A DNA stretch of 50,173 nt from Nanobdellota archaeon (GTDB lineage Archaea; Nanobdellota; Nanobdellia; Pacearchaeales; GW2011-AR1), in NCBI GenBank assembly GCA_039714095.1, contig JBDLJZ010000002.1, positions 1 to 50,173 on the forward strand. Direction: 5' to 3'. Under the pieces are notes generated by a model, which did not search any database, was not told where the DNA came from, and saw only the letters and a list, made by a program, of their open reading frames with translations. This document shows positions 40,976 through 50,101 of this stretch, one piece after another. Position numbers and translations under genes: made by a program. Numbering within the stretch: the first letter of the stretch is position 1; every line of letters begins with the position of its first letter.

Positions 40976-42283
40976 ATGAAAAAGTTTGTGATATTTGCCA
41001 TATTATTCTTATTCCCATTTATTTCAGCAGTAGATATAGATATGAAAAATGATTTTAATCAAAGAGAAACCTTAATTGCAAAATTCTCAGGAAATTTTTT
41101 GGAAAGTGTTTCTAAAGATAATGTTTTATTTTATAGAGAACATGTAAAAATTCCAATTGATTTTGAAATAATGAATGTAGAAAATAATTATTATATTTAT
41201 GCTTTAAATGATAAATCTCCTGGAAATTATTCTTTATATTTAGAAAATTTAAAATATTATAAACAAGGAGAGATAATTGAAGAACCAATTTCAAAGAATT
41301 TTACAATCAATGAAAATTTTGCAGACTTTTCAATTAATCCGGGTTTTATTATAACTAAAACTGATTTTAAAATAGAACTTCAAAATTTTCAAGACCAAGA
41401 AATAACAATAAATATCAATCAAGAGATAATAGTTCAAAATGAATCAACAGAACAAGGATTTTTTGAAGGATTATTTGGAAATTTATTTTTGAGTTTAACT
41501 GGAAGTATAACACTAAATATTGAAGAAGAAAATTCTATTACTCTTTCTCCAAATGAAATAAAAACAATAACTTTTGAAGTAGATAATATTAAAGAACCAG
41601 TTCTCAAAAAAATTTCTTTTTATTCTGAAAATAATTTTTACGAATTTTTAGTTTACATACCTTCTCCTGTAGATAAAAATAAATATTCAATTAGTTTAAA
41701 TTTTGAACCTTCAGAATTAAAAATTTCTCTTACACCAAATATTACTAAAGAAGAAATTGTAATCTTGGAAAATATAGGGGATGAATTATTAGAAAATATT
41801 ACTTTAGAAATATCAAATAATTTAGAGCCTTATGTAAATATTTCAAAAAACGAAATTTATAATCTTAATACAAATCAAAGTGAAGAAATTTATCTTTTTT
41901 TTGCACCAACAAATCAATCAATGAAAATAGAAGGAGAATTAACAGCCAAAATACCAGATGAAACAGAAGATTTAGTTATAGTTTTTGAAATGCTTGGAGA
42001 TGAATCTGATTTAATTATTCCTTCAAAATCTAAAACCTGCGAAGAACTTAATGGAACAATTTTTGAAGAACCTCAAATTTGTAATGGGGAAGAAAGATTT
42101 GCAAAAGATGGAAACTGTTGTATAGGAAAAGTAGAAGTTCCTAAAAAAAGCGATACTGGTTTAATTATTGGTTGGACAATTATTATGACAATTATTATAG
42201 CATTAGTTTGGTTTTTTAAATTCAAATACAAAAAATCAAAAGGAGAAATAGATTTATTTAAAATAGCAAAAGGAAAAAAATAA
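40976..42283 (+). CDS. secreted protein with one Cys module and a C-terminal TM anchor
   Basis: Signal peptide MKKFVIFAILFLFPFISA (ATG 40976, track start TTG 40970). CEELNGTIFEEPQICNGEERFAKDGNCC. TM LIIGWTIIMTIIIALVWFF. Confidence 0.5.
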   Translation: MKKFVIFAILFLFPFISAVDIDMKNDFNQRETLIAKFSGNFLESVSKDNVLFYREHVKIPIDFEIMNVENNYYIYALNDKSPGNYSLYLENLKYYKQGEIIEEPISKNFTINENFADFSINPGFIITKTDFKIELQNFQDQEITININQEIIVQNESTEQGFFEGLFGNLFLSLTGSITLNIEEENSITLSPNEIKTITFEVDNIKEPVLKKISFYSENNFYEFLVYIPSPVDKNKYSISLNFEPSELKISLTPNITKEEIVILENIGDELLENITLEISNNLEPYVNISKNEIYNLNTNQSEEIYLFFAPTNQSMKIEGELTAKIPDETEDLVIVFEMLGDESDLIIPSKSKTCEELNGTIFEEPQICNGEERFAKDGNCCIGKVEVPKKSDTGLIIGWTIIMTIIIALVWFFKFKYKKSKGEIDLFKIAKGKK

Positions 42284-42724
42284 TTATTCTTTTTTCTCTT
42301 CTTTAGGCAAGAGTGCTTTCAACTTATTCTCTAAAATAACTTTTTCTGTTTGCATGACTCTTGCAACTTCATCATAATGGTGTAATCTTCTAGCAAACTC
42401 ATTTAAAATATCATTCCAATCATTATTAGCAACTGCAATTAGTTCTGGCTCAATAATTTCAATATGCGCTGGCATGTATTTTAATATTAAAACTGTTAAA
42501 ATTGACATATTTTCTATTTTTATTTCAACTTCTGCAAAACTCGTGTAAAAATCTTTTTGGTCTTTCATTACAACTGGTTCATTAACTTTTTTATCTTCAA
42601 CATTTACCCCTTTTTCTTCATTAATCTTTTCAATAATTTCATTCAATGTTTTAGTTAAATATTCAGGGGGTCTACCTGCAACTTCAATAATCATCTTTAC
42701 ACATATTTTTTTATCTGAACTCAT
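42284..42724 (-). CDS. hypothetical cytoplasmic protein (146 aa)
   Basis: Clean ORF co-directional with, and overlapping, the ComEA-like gene. No motif recognised. Confidence 0.4.
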   Translation of the reverse strand: MSSDKKICVKMIIEVAGRPPEYLTKTLNEIIEKINEEKGVNVEDKKVNEPVVMKDQKDFYTSFAEVEIKIENMSILTVLILKYMPAHIEIIEPELIAVANNDWNDILNEFARRLHHYDEVARVMQTEKVILENKLKALLPKEEKKE

Positions 42725-43274
42725 TTTTTCTTGGTTTATATTTTTTAATCATAAACAATCCAAAAAGCAAAACACAAAACAAACCTAAACCATATTTCGC
42801 ATAATCACTTTTTGATTTATTTTCATTATAATCTTCGCTTTTTATATTTTGCGGAGATAAATCAATAATTTCATTTTCTATTTTAATAGTTGTTTTATCT
42901 TTCTGTATAGTTTTTATCTCTGGAATTTCAACAACTTCTTCATCTTCTTCTACACTTTTTTCTTCCTCTTCTACAATTTCTGTTTTTTGCACAATCTGTT
43001 CTTCACTAACACATGCCAAGCCCTGATTTTTTATTTTTTCTAAAGTTATATTTCCAATTCTATTCACATCTACTAAATCATCAAGTGAATTAAAATTTCC
43101 ATTTTCTTCTCTATAATCAATAACATTTTGTGCTACAATTCCTTTCCCTCCAAGTCCAATTATATTCATTAATTCATCTTTTGAAGCACTATTTACATCA
43201 ATTTGTCCACTTTCACAAACCGCAGAAATAAACGGAATAAATAATAATATCAAAATTAATACTTTTTTTAGCAT
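42711..43274 (-). CDS. comEA: ComEA-like extracellular helix-hairpin-helix DNA-binding protein with a C-terminal TM anchor
   Basis: Signal peptide MLKKVLILILLFIPFISA. IDVNSASKDELMNIIGLGGKGIVAQNVIDYREENGNFNSLDDLVDVNRIGNITLEKI gives two HhH motifs. TM LGLFCVLLFGLFMI. Confidence 0.7.
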   Translation of the reverse strand: MLKKVLILILLFIPFISAVCESGQIDVNSASKDELMNIIGLGGKGIVAQNVIDYREENGNFNSLDDLVDVNRIGNITLEKIKNQGLACVSEEQIVQKTEIVEEEEKSVEEDEEVVEIPEIKTIQKDKTTIKIENEIIDLSPQNIKSEDYNENKSKSDYAKYGLGLFCVLLFGLFMIKKYKPRKNEFR

Positions 43275-43308
43275 AGAAATTTTAAGAAAATATTTCTTTT
43301 AAATATTA

Positions 43309-43923
43309 TTACAAAAACTTGCTACCATATTTTTCCTTAAAATCAATATATTCAATTCCCCCTCTTTTGCCCTTTGTAGACATTTCCTTAGAAATGTCTC
43401 GGGGCACGCTCTTGGGTGTTCCTCCTTTTTTTGCAATCCAAATTTTAGAAAAAATATTGTTCTTTAAGTACCACGCACATTTTTCTTTTTCAATTTTAGA
43501 AAGAATTCCATTCATTTTAACTTCAACACCAATAACACTATATGATTCTTCATGAATGTGTTTAATAGAAATAAAATCAGGAAAACCTGCCCCAAGCATC
43601 ATAGCTTTAGAAAAAGGGTTAAATTTCTTTTTTGCAATAATTAATTTTCCATATTCAGGCTCACCAGAGTCATCCCTTGGGGATAAATCAACATTATTAT
43701 TCCATTTATCAATAATTCTTCCTTTGTTTTCTAAATCTCTTCTAACTTTTAATTCAAATCTTGATGCTTGTCCTTTAATTCTTTTCCCTTTTTTAACATT
43801 AGATTTTTTCTTTGAAGTAGAAAAAACCCCTGCTTTATTCCAAGAAGTTTCATATTCTTCACTCCCTGCTTTTTCAATCATCTCAATAATTTTTTCTTTA
43901 TTTTCTTTTTTTATTCTTTTCAT
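43309..43923 (-). CDS. PD-(D/E)xK nuclease, Hjc-like (possible Holliday junction resolvase) with a basic N-terminal extension
   Basis: Ordered E ... D ... ExK candidates: SRFELKVRRDLENKG, GFPDFISI, IGVEVKMNG. Confidence 0.5.
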   Translation of the reverse strand: MKRIKKENKEKIIEMIEKAGSEEYETSWNKAGVFSTSKKKSNVKKGKRIKGQASRFELKVRRDLENKGRIIDKWNNNVDLSPRDDSGEPEYGKLIIAKKKFNPFSKAMMLGAGFPDFISIKHIHEESYSVIGVEVKMNGILSKIEKEKCAWYLKNNIFSKIWIAKKGGTPKSVPRDISKEMSTKGKRGGIEYIDFKEKYGSKFL

Positions 43924-43989
43924 TATTATAAATTATCTAAATGACTTTTTATATTTTTCAGATGATTGTTTGTAACATAGGCCGAAAGT

Positions 43990-43997
43990 TTTATATA
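43990..43997 (+). promoter_or_regulatory. putative TATA box (TTTATATA) about 28 nt upstream of ATG 44021
   Basis: The sequence gtTTTATATAg. Confidence 0.4.
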
Positions 43998-44020
43998 GTT
44001 TCCACTAATTTATTTTTAAT

Positions 44021-44467
44021 ATGAAATTAGTAAAATCATCTATTTTAAATACTACTCCTGAAAAAATTTTTTTACAATTGCAAAAACCTAGTAGACTTCA
44101 AGAAGTAGCATCACCAATTCTTAGATTTGAATTCGTTAATGTAAAAAAACTTCCTAAAAATTGGAAAATTGGAAAAAAATATATTTTAAATTTGTATCTT
44201 TTTATGCATTTATATGTAGGAAAACACTCAATTATTATAAAAAAAATTGATTATAAAAAAAAGCAAATATTTTCTGATGAATCAGGATTGCTAGCAAAAA
44301 TATGGAATCACAAAATTTATGTGAATAAGTATACTAATAATAAAACTCATTATACTGATGAAGTTGAAATACATGCAGGAATATTAACACTATTTGTTTG
44401 GATTTTTGCATATTTTTTTTACAGTCATCGACAAAAAAAATGGAAGAAACTAGCAGAACAATTATAA
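44021..44467 (+). CDS. hypothetical protein, possibly SRPBCC/START-like with a C-terminal TM
   Basis: Beta-rich pattern plus the terminal helix ILTLFVWIFAYFFY. Weak recognition only. Confidence 0.3.
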   Translation: MKLVKSSILNTTPEKIFLQLQKPSRLQEVASPILRFEFVNVKKLPKNWKIGKKYILNLYLFMHLYVGKHSIIIKKIDYKKKQIFSDESGLLAKIWNHKIYVNKYTNNKTHYTDEVEIHAGILTLFVWIFAYFFYSHRQKKWKKLAEQL

Positions 44468-44486
44468 ACAGTTTTTAAAATAAACT

Positions 44487-44672
44487 TTACAAATCCCTCG
44501 CCTGTAAAGTCCGCCTTTTATTTGCCTGGGCCCTTTTGATTGCCTCAACAAGCATATTCTCAACCTTTCTTTCCATAGCCATTCCAACTTCTTCAGCAAC
44601 AGAACTAACAGAATTTTCTTTATCCAAATCTTTCACAACTTTCTTAATATTACTTTTTACTATTAGTACCAT
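44487..44672 (-). CDS. small histone-fold-like protein (DUF1931/archaeal histone-like)
   Basis: 61 aa. ..VSSVAEEVGMAMERKVENMLVEAIKRAQANKRRTLQARDL resembles the helix2-loop-helix3 of histone folds (..RKTi...Dl). Confidence 0.4.
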   Translation of the reverse strand: MVLIVKSNIKKVVKDLDKENSVSSVAEEVGMAMERKVENMLVEAIKRAQANKRRTLQARDL

Positions 44673-44770
44673 AAAAAATCAAAACCTTTCAAGTTCTTAA
44701 ATTTTCCTAAACAAAAGATTTAAATAGTATTATGAATATATATTCATAACTAAATAAGGAGTAAAATAAA

Positions 44771-44938
44771 ATGCCAAACAAAGATAAAACAGGACCAAAT
44801 GGAAAAGGTTCAAAGACAGGAAGACAAATGGGAAACTGCGAAAATGTAGAACCTATTGGAAGGTGTGGAGAACCAAGAGGTGGTGGTAGAAGATCTGGGA
44901 GAGGTTTTAGAAATCAGCCTAGAAACTCTGAAGATTAA
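44771..44938 (+). CDS. DUF5320 family protein (55 aa, below the ORF-track cutoff)
   Basis: Own translation: MPNKDKTGPNGKGSKTGRQMGNCENVEPIGRCGEPRGGGRRSGRGFRNQPRNSED. The MP..D.TGP.G.G..TGR..G.C signature. AAGGAG lies 10 nt upstream. Confidence 0.65.
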   Translation: MPNKDKTGPNGKGSKTGRQMGNCENVEPIGRCGEPRGGGRRSGRGFRNQPRNSED

Positions 44939-44939
44939 A

Positions 44940-45212
44940 ATGCCAAGACCTTGTAAGAGAAGAAGAGTTAGAGGCAGACCAAACTCTTCTTATTTTAAAC
45001 CAGCAGGAAAAAGAATCTCAGAATTAGAAGAATCTATTTTAACAATTGAAGAATTTGAAGCAATAAGATTAAATGATTTATTAAATTTAGAACAAAATAA
45101 GTGTGCAGAAAAAATGGAAATTTCCCAACCAACTTTTCATAGATTAATTTCTTCAGCACATAAAAAAATTGCAGACGCAATTATTAATGGAAAAGCAATA
45201 AAAATAAATTAA
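44940..45212 (+). CDS. DUF134 (UPF0251) predicted DNA-binding protein
   Basis: MPRPCKRRRV....YFKPAG..........LTIEEFEAIRL.D......Q..CAEKMEISQPTFHRL. Start moved to ATG 44940, directly after the DUF5320 stop. Confidence 0.7.
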   Translation: MPRPCKRRRVRGRPNSSYFKPAGKRISELEESILTIEEFEAIRLNDLLNLEQNKCAEKMEISQPTFHRLISSAHKKIADAIINGKAIKIN

Positions 45213-45251
45213 AATTTTATTTGTTCTAAAAATTGGTAAAAGAAGTAATAT

Positions 45252-46739
45252 TTATGATTGATTTTTTTTCTTCTTATCCAACTTCCTTTCAATCTTTTCT
45301 TCAGGCCTCATTAAAGGAAAAATAACACATTCTCTCATAGGCTTGTCCATTAATACTGAAAATAATCTTTCAGAAACCCCAAATCCACAAGTTGGAGGCA
45401 TACCATATTTTAATGCTTCAACAAATTCTTTATCATGTTCTTGGGCTTCAGTGTCTCCTGCTTTTTTTAATTTGGTTTGTTCTTCAAATCTTTTTTCCTG
45501 GTCAAAAGCATCATTTAATTCTGAATAACCATTACCCATTTCAGAACCAGCTAAGATAACTTGAAATTGTTCAACTTTTTTATTATCCTTAGAATCTCTT
45601 TTTGCCAATGGAGAAACTTCAACTGGTTGTCCAACTAAAAATCCTGGACCTGAAAGTTTTTTCCTAACAGTTTTCCATAAAATATCAACAAGCCGCCATT
45701 TGTCAACTTTTTTATCGTAACTAATTTTTAAATCATCAAGTTTTTTCTTAATCTCATTTTCACTTGCAGAATAAATATTTATTCCTGTATTTTTTTTAAT
45801 TATTTTTTCATAATCATAAATTTCCCATTTTTTACCTAAGTCAATCTTATGTCCTTGACTCTCAAATTTCAAATTTCCTAAAATAGTTTTAACAATTTTT
45901 TTATACATTTCTTCAACAAGATTCATGCCTTTTTTATAATCTGCATATGCCCAATAAAATTCCATCTGAGTATAATCTTGCAAATGTTCCATATCCATAC
46001 CTTCGTTTCTAAATTGTCTTCCAATCTCAAAAGTTTTTTCATAACCTGCCACCATTAATTTTTTTTGCCAAAGTTCTCCCATGGAAATTCTTAAATAAAC
46101 ATCTGCATCTAAAGCATTGTGATGCGTCATAAATGGTGTTGCCGAGGCTCCTCCAGCAGAATTTTCCAAAACAGGAGTTTCAACCTCTAAAAAATCTTTT
46201 TCTAAAAGAAAATTTCTAATTGTATTCCAAAACTTAGATTTTTTCACAAACATTTCTTTAACTTTAGGATTCATTAAAATATCCAAATATCTCTGTCTAA
46301 ATTTTTCTTCTTCTCCCTTAAGCCCGTGGAACTTTTCAGGTAAAGGCAAGATAGATTTAGACAATAATTTAATATCTTGAACTAGAACAGAAATTTGTTT
46401 AGTTTTTGTTTTGAAAATTTTTCCAGACACTTCAACAAAATCTCCAGCATCCAAATATTTTTTAAAAAATTCTCTGTCTTTTTTTGATGTCCCACCTTCT
46501 TGTAAAACAATTTGAATTTCTTCTGTTCCATCTTTTAAATTACAGAATGCTATTTTTCCCAAATCTCTTTTAGTCATCAACCTCCCAGCACTTTTCACTT
46601 TCACACCAATCTTAGATTTTAAACATTCATAGCAAGTTTGCTTTTTATCAGACTTTGCAGGATAAGGATTAATTCCTAAATTTTTTATCTCTTCAAGTTT
46701 TCTTTTTCTCTCGTTAATAATTTGTTCTTCACGTCCCAT
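45252..46739 (-). CDS. lysS: lysine--tRNA ligase, class II
   Basis: OB-fold N-domain (..VKSAGRLMTKRDLGKIAFCNLKDGTEEIQIV), motif 2 FEIGRQFRNEGMDMEHLQDYTQMEFY, motif 3 region PPTCGFGVSERL. Confidence 0.92.
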   Translation of the reverse strand: MGREEQIINERKRKLEEIKNLGINPYPAKSDKKQTCYECLKSKIGVKVKSAGRLMTKRDLGKIAFCNLKDGTEEIQIVLQEGGTSKKDREFFKKYLDAGDFVEVSGKIFKTKTKQISVLVQDIKLLSKSILPLPEKFHGLKGEEEKFRQRYLDILMNPKVKEMFVKKSKFWNTIRNFLLEKDFLEVETPVLENSAGGASATPFMTHHNALDADVYLRISMGELWQKKLMVAGYEKTFEIGRQFRNEGMDMEHLQDYTQMEFYWAYADYKKGMNLVEEMYKKIVKTILGNLKFESQGHKIDLGKKWEIYDYEKIIKKNTGINIYSASENEIKKKLDDLKISYDKKVDKWRLVDILWKTVRKKLSGPGFLVGQPVEVSPLAKRDSKDNKKVEQFQVILAGSEMGNGYSELNDAFDQEKRFEEQTKLKKAGDTEAQEHDKEFVEALKYGMPPTCGFGVSERLFSVLMDKPMRECVIFPLMRPEEKIERKLDKKKKNQS

Positions 46740-46806
46740 TAATATAATAAATAAAAATAGTTTTTATATTTAACTTCAAAAGATTTATTAACTAATATTT
46801 ATTAAG

Positions 46807-47049
46807 GTGTTTATGAAAAAGAGAAAATTGAAAAAAAGTTTATTTAAGAAGTGTAATGGAAAAAAAATGAACTATGAAAATTGCCGTAGTTCTTGCAATG
46901 AAATGGTTTATTTTATTGGTTTTATAGGTTCTTTAATTTATTATATTCAAAACGCAACTTCTTTTTGGGATGGGGTTTTAGGACTTCTAAAAGCAATTGT
47001 ATGGCCTGCAATTTTAGTTTACAAACTATTAGTATTTTTAGGAGCTTAA
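46807..47049 (+). CDS. small membrane protein
   Basis: Two hydrophobic helices (MVYFIGFIGSLIYYI, AIVWPAILVYKLLVFLG). Confidence 0.35.
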   Translation: MFMKKRKLKKSLFKKCNGKKMNYENCRSSCNEMVYFIGFIGSLIYYIQNATSFWDGVLGLLKAIVWPAILVYKLLVFLGA

Positions 47050-47055
47050 TTATTT

Positions 47056-47460
47056 TTATTCTTTCTTATCCAATTCGGCATTCAATAATCCATCAACAAT
47101 TTTCTGAAATTTATTTTCTCTAGAAATATATTTGTAAATTATTTTTTCAAAATTTTCTTGAAGCTTTTGCACCTTTAAAAATAATTCCATTAATTTAGGA
47201 TTTCTAACTTGGTATTTTCCCATTAATTGATTTACAACTAATTCAGAATCCAAAAAGCACATGAGTTCTTTATTAGTATAATTTGACGCAAGTTCCAATG
47301 CTTTAATCAACCCCTCATACTCTGCAACATTATTTGTAATATACTTTCCAATCTTTGCACTGTATTGTGTTAAAATTTCCCCATTTTTTCTAACAATCAC
47401 TCCAATTGCTCCAGGCCCAGGATTTCCTCGTGCTCCGCCGTCCGAATTTGTAAATATCAT
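47056..47460 (-). CDS. rnhA: ribonuclease HI
   Basis: SDGGARGNPGPGAIGVI, NNVAEYEGLIKALE and FLDSELVVNQ supply the D-E-D catalytic residues. Confidence 0.8.
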   Translation of the reverse strand: MIFTNSDGGARGNPGPGAIGVIVRKNGEILTQYSAKIGKYITNNVAEYEGLIKALELASNYTNKELMCFLDSELVVNQLMGKYQVRNPKLMELFLKVQKLQENFEKIIYKYISRENKFQKIVDGLLNAELDKKE

Positions 47461-47461
47461 T

Positions 47462-47737
47462 TCAAAAATGCAACACTTTAAAATTTTTTAAATCCTGAAA
47501 CCTTTCTGCTTTTTCTTCAACCCTTCTTATCTGAGAATGACGAGGTCCTTTTTTACATAATTCAATCATTTTTTTAACTTCATTAATATTTCCTTCTAAA
47601 AAAACTTCAATTCTTCCGTCTTCTAAATTTCTTGTGAATCCTTTAACATCAAGTTTTTCTGCATTCTCTTTGATAAATCTCCGAAAAAACACTCCCTGTA
47701 CTGTTCCATCAATATAAAGTCTGACTGATTTCTTCAT
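47462..47737 (-). CDS. acyP: acylphosphatase
   Basis: VRLYIDGTVQGVFFRRF signature. Start moved to MKKSVRL (ATG 47737). Confidence 0.8.
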   Translation of the reverse strand: MKKSVRLYIDGTVQGVFFRRFIKENAEKLDVKGFTRNLEDGRIEVFLEGNINEVKKMIELCKKGPRHSQIRRVEEKAERFQDLKNFKVLHF

Positions 47738-47816
47738 AATTAAAATAATAAGTAAGAGTTTATTAAATTTTAGATGTCTCAAAAATTTTAAATACTATTT
47801 TATTATAATAAAATAT

Positions 47817-48212
47817 ATGAAGAGAAAAATACATTTGATATTTTTAGTATCAACATTTGTTGCATGGTTATTATTCTATCTCCTTGGTATACAATTCAAT
47901 TATTTTCTTGACTTTAATAGCCATGAAATATTCAACCTTATGTTTATCACATTTTTTGCAGTAATCCCATTTATCACTTTATTAATTTTATCACTTTTTG
48001 GAACCGATTATATAAAAGATTCAATTTGGTTAGCCTTTTACGCTTCAGTACCTTTATTTATTTATGATTATATTGTGATTGGATTGATAAATGGAGAAGG
48101 ATTTAATTTTTTGAAAACACATTGGTTTCTTACAGCAGGATACTTTTTGGTTTGGATATTTATGCCTCTCACAGGAGTAATATTGTCTAAACTATTTATG
48201 AATAAAAAATAA
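47817..48212 (+). CDS. polytopic membrane protein
   Basis: Four hydrophobic helices. No motif recognised. Confidence 0.4.
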   Translation: MKRKIHLIFLVSTFVAWLLFYLLGIQFNYFLDFNSHEIFNLMFITFFAVIPFITLLILSLFGTDYIKDSIWLAFYASVPLFIYDYIVIGLINGEGFNFLKTHWFLTAGYFLVWIFMPLTGVILSKLFMNKK

Positions 48213-48347
48213 ATTTAACTCTGTACTATTGACAGTTATATTTTCCACGCTCTGAAATTTCTTTTACCCTTATGTTATATCTAATTCAAGAGTCTAATTT
48301 TAAAAAAATATATAAACATCGTGAATAATTAATTATAGAGGGAAAAA

Positions 48348-48761
48348 ATGAACACATTCAAAAAAATCTTTGGAAAAGAATATATGAAAGCAAAACTTTC
48401 AGTATTATGGATATTTGTAATGTTTAATTATGTTTATGCAGATATTCTAACATTAATGGATTCTTCAGTACTTAAAGAACTAATAACTGGATCTGTGGGA
48501 GGTCTTCAAATTACTCAAGGATTTTTGTTGGCAGGCGCAATATTAATAGAAATTCCAATTGCTATGGTTGTCCTGTCTTTAGTATTAAAATATAAAGCGA
48601 ATCGTTTGGCAAACATCATCGCAGGCACAATAAAAACTACAGCTGTTTTCTTATCAATGTTTGTTGGAGCGCCAACTCTTTATTACATGTTTTTTGGAAC
48701 TATAGAAATAGTAACTACTTCACTAATTGTCTGGTTTGCATGGAGATGGAAAGAAAAATGA
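48348..48761 (+). CDS. small membrane protein (DUF6326-like)
   Basis: LSVLWIFVMFNYVYADILTLMD pattern. Adjacent to DUF4386-type genes. Confidence 0.4.
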   Translation: MNTFKKIFGKEYMKAKLSVLWIFVMFNYVYADILTLMDSSVLKELITGSVGGLQITQGFLLAGAILIEIPIAMVVLSLVLKYKANRLANIIAGTIKTTAVFLSMFVGAPTLYYMFFGTIEIVTTSLIVWFAWRWKEK

Positions 48762-49468
48762 AAAACAAAATGAAGGATATATCACAACAAAAAGCTACAA
48801 CACTCTTAAGATTTCTATATGCTTTTTGGGTAATAATTGCACCGTTTAGTTTAATATATGTTCCGTACAAACTTATAGTGTTTGGAGATGCTGCAACAAC
48901 TGCCAAGAATATTATGGCTAATGAATTATTATTCCGCATAAGCATTGTTGGAAGTTTAATTACTCAATTATTATTCATATTCATAGCCCTACTATTATAT
49001 AAATTATTTGAAAAAGTAAATAAAACGCAATCAATTCTTATGGTTGTATTTGCACTAGTTAGTGTACCTATTGCAATGTTTAACACACTCAACAAAATTG
49101 CAGTAGTTATGCTATTGGATGGTGCTGATTACTTGAAAGTATTTTCAGCAGAACAATTATATTCTTTAACAATGTTTTTTCTTAATTTGAATGCACAAGG
49201 AATGACTATCGCTTCAATATTCTGGGGACTTTGGTTATTTCCACTAGGATATTTAATTTACAAATCTGGCTATTTTCCAAAATTTGTTGGAGTCGCTGTA
49301 ATTATAGCAGGTTTTGGCTACACAATAGATTCTTTTATAAAATTTATTTTACCCAACTATAAATTTACATCAGTAATTGACCTCCTAACAATTGGTGAAA
49401 TGGTATTTGTATTTTGGATTATATTTAAAGGTGCGAAACTACCTAAAATAAAAAATGAAACCAAATAG
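48740..49468 (+). CDS. DUF4386 family membrane protein
   Basis: ..LIVFGDAATTAKNIMANELLFRISIVGSL.. is the DUF4386 hallmark. Confidence 0.5.
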   Translation: MEMERKMKNKMKDISQQKATTLLRFLYAFWVIIAPFSLIYVPYKLIVFGDAATTAKNIMANELLFRISIVGSLITQLLFIFIALLLYKLFEKVNKTQSILMVVFALVSVPIAMFNTLNKIAVVMLLDGADYLKVFSAEQLYSLTMFFLNLNAQGMTIASIFWGLWLFPLGYLIYKSGYFPKFVGVAVIIAGFGYTIDSFIKFILPNYKFTSVIDLLTIGEMVFVFWIIFKGAKLPKIKNETK

Positions 49469-50015
49469 AAAAACTGCAATAATTGTAGGGGCATTAATTT
49501 TAATTGCCTATGGCGTTTTGGTTAGTATTATTACCCAATCTAAAATCCCTGTGATGATTGCAGATGTAATTAGTGGTTTTGCAGTAATAGGGATAGCTGT
49601 TTTAATATTTCCATTCTTCAAAATTAGTAATAAATTAAGAATTACCTATCTATCTCTAAAAATTGTTGAAGGAACACTCATGGTTATTGGAGGTATTCTT
49701 TTCCTTATTAACTCATCTATGCGTGATTGGATATATAGTGGAATTCATTTATATGTCTTTATTGTAAGTGCTTTCATATTTTATTATCTTTTATATAAAT
49801 CCAAAATTGTTCCAAGGTTTATCTCTGTTTGGGGGGCTATTGCGATTTTTTCGTTACTATTAATAACAATACTAAATTTAATCAATTTTAGTTATCCTCC
49901 ACTGGAATTTCTATTGATTTTAATAATAACCAATGAAGTATTTCTTGCGATATGGCTGATGATTAAAGGATTCAATTTATCTGCAATTAATTCCAAATCT
50001 ACAAAAACAAAATAG
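49455..50015 (+). CDS. DUF4386-like membrane protein (paralog)
   Basis: Similar length and helix pattern to the upstream gene. 14-nt overlap with it. Confidence 0.45.
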   Translation: MKPNRKTAIIVGALILIAYGVLVSIITQSKIPVMIADVISGFAVIGIAVLIFPFFKISNKLRITYLSLKIVEGTLMVIGGILFLINSSMRDWIYSGIHLYVFIVSAFIFYYLLYKSKIVPRFISVWGAIAIFSLLLITILNLINFSYPPLEFLLILIITNEVFLAIWLMIKGFNLSAINSKSTKTK

Positions 50016-50101
50016 ATTAAATCTAACTAATATAATTAAATGTAAATCCATGTCATTTGAATAATTACACTTTATTTATTAACTATCTCATACAATTTTA
50101 A

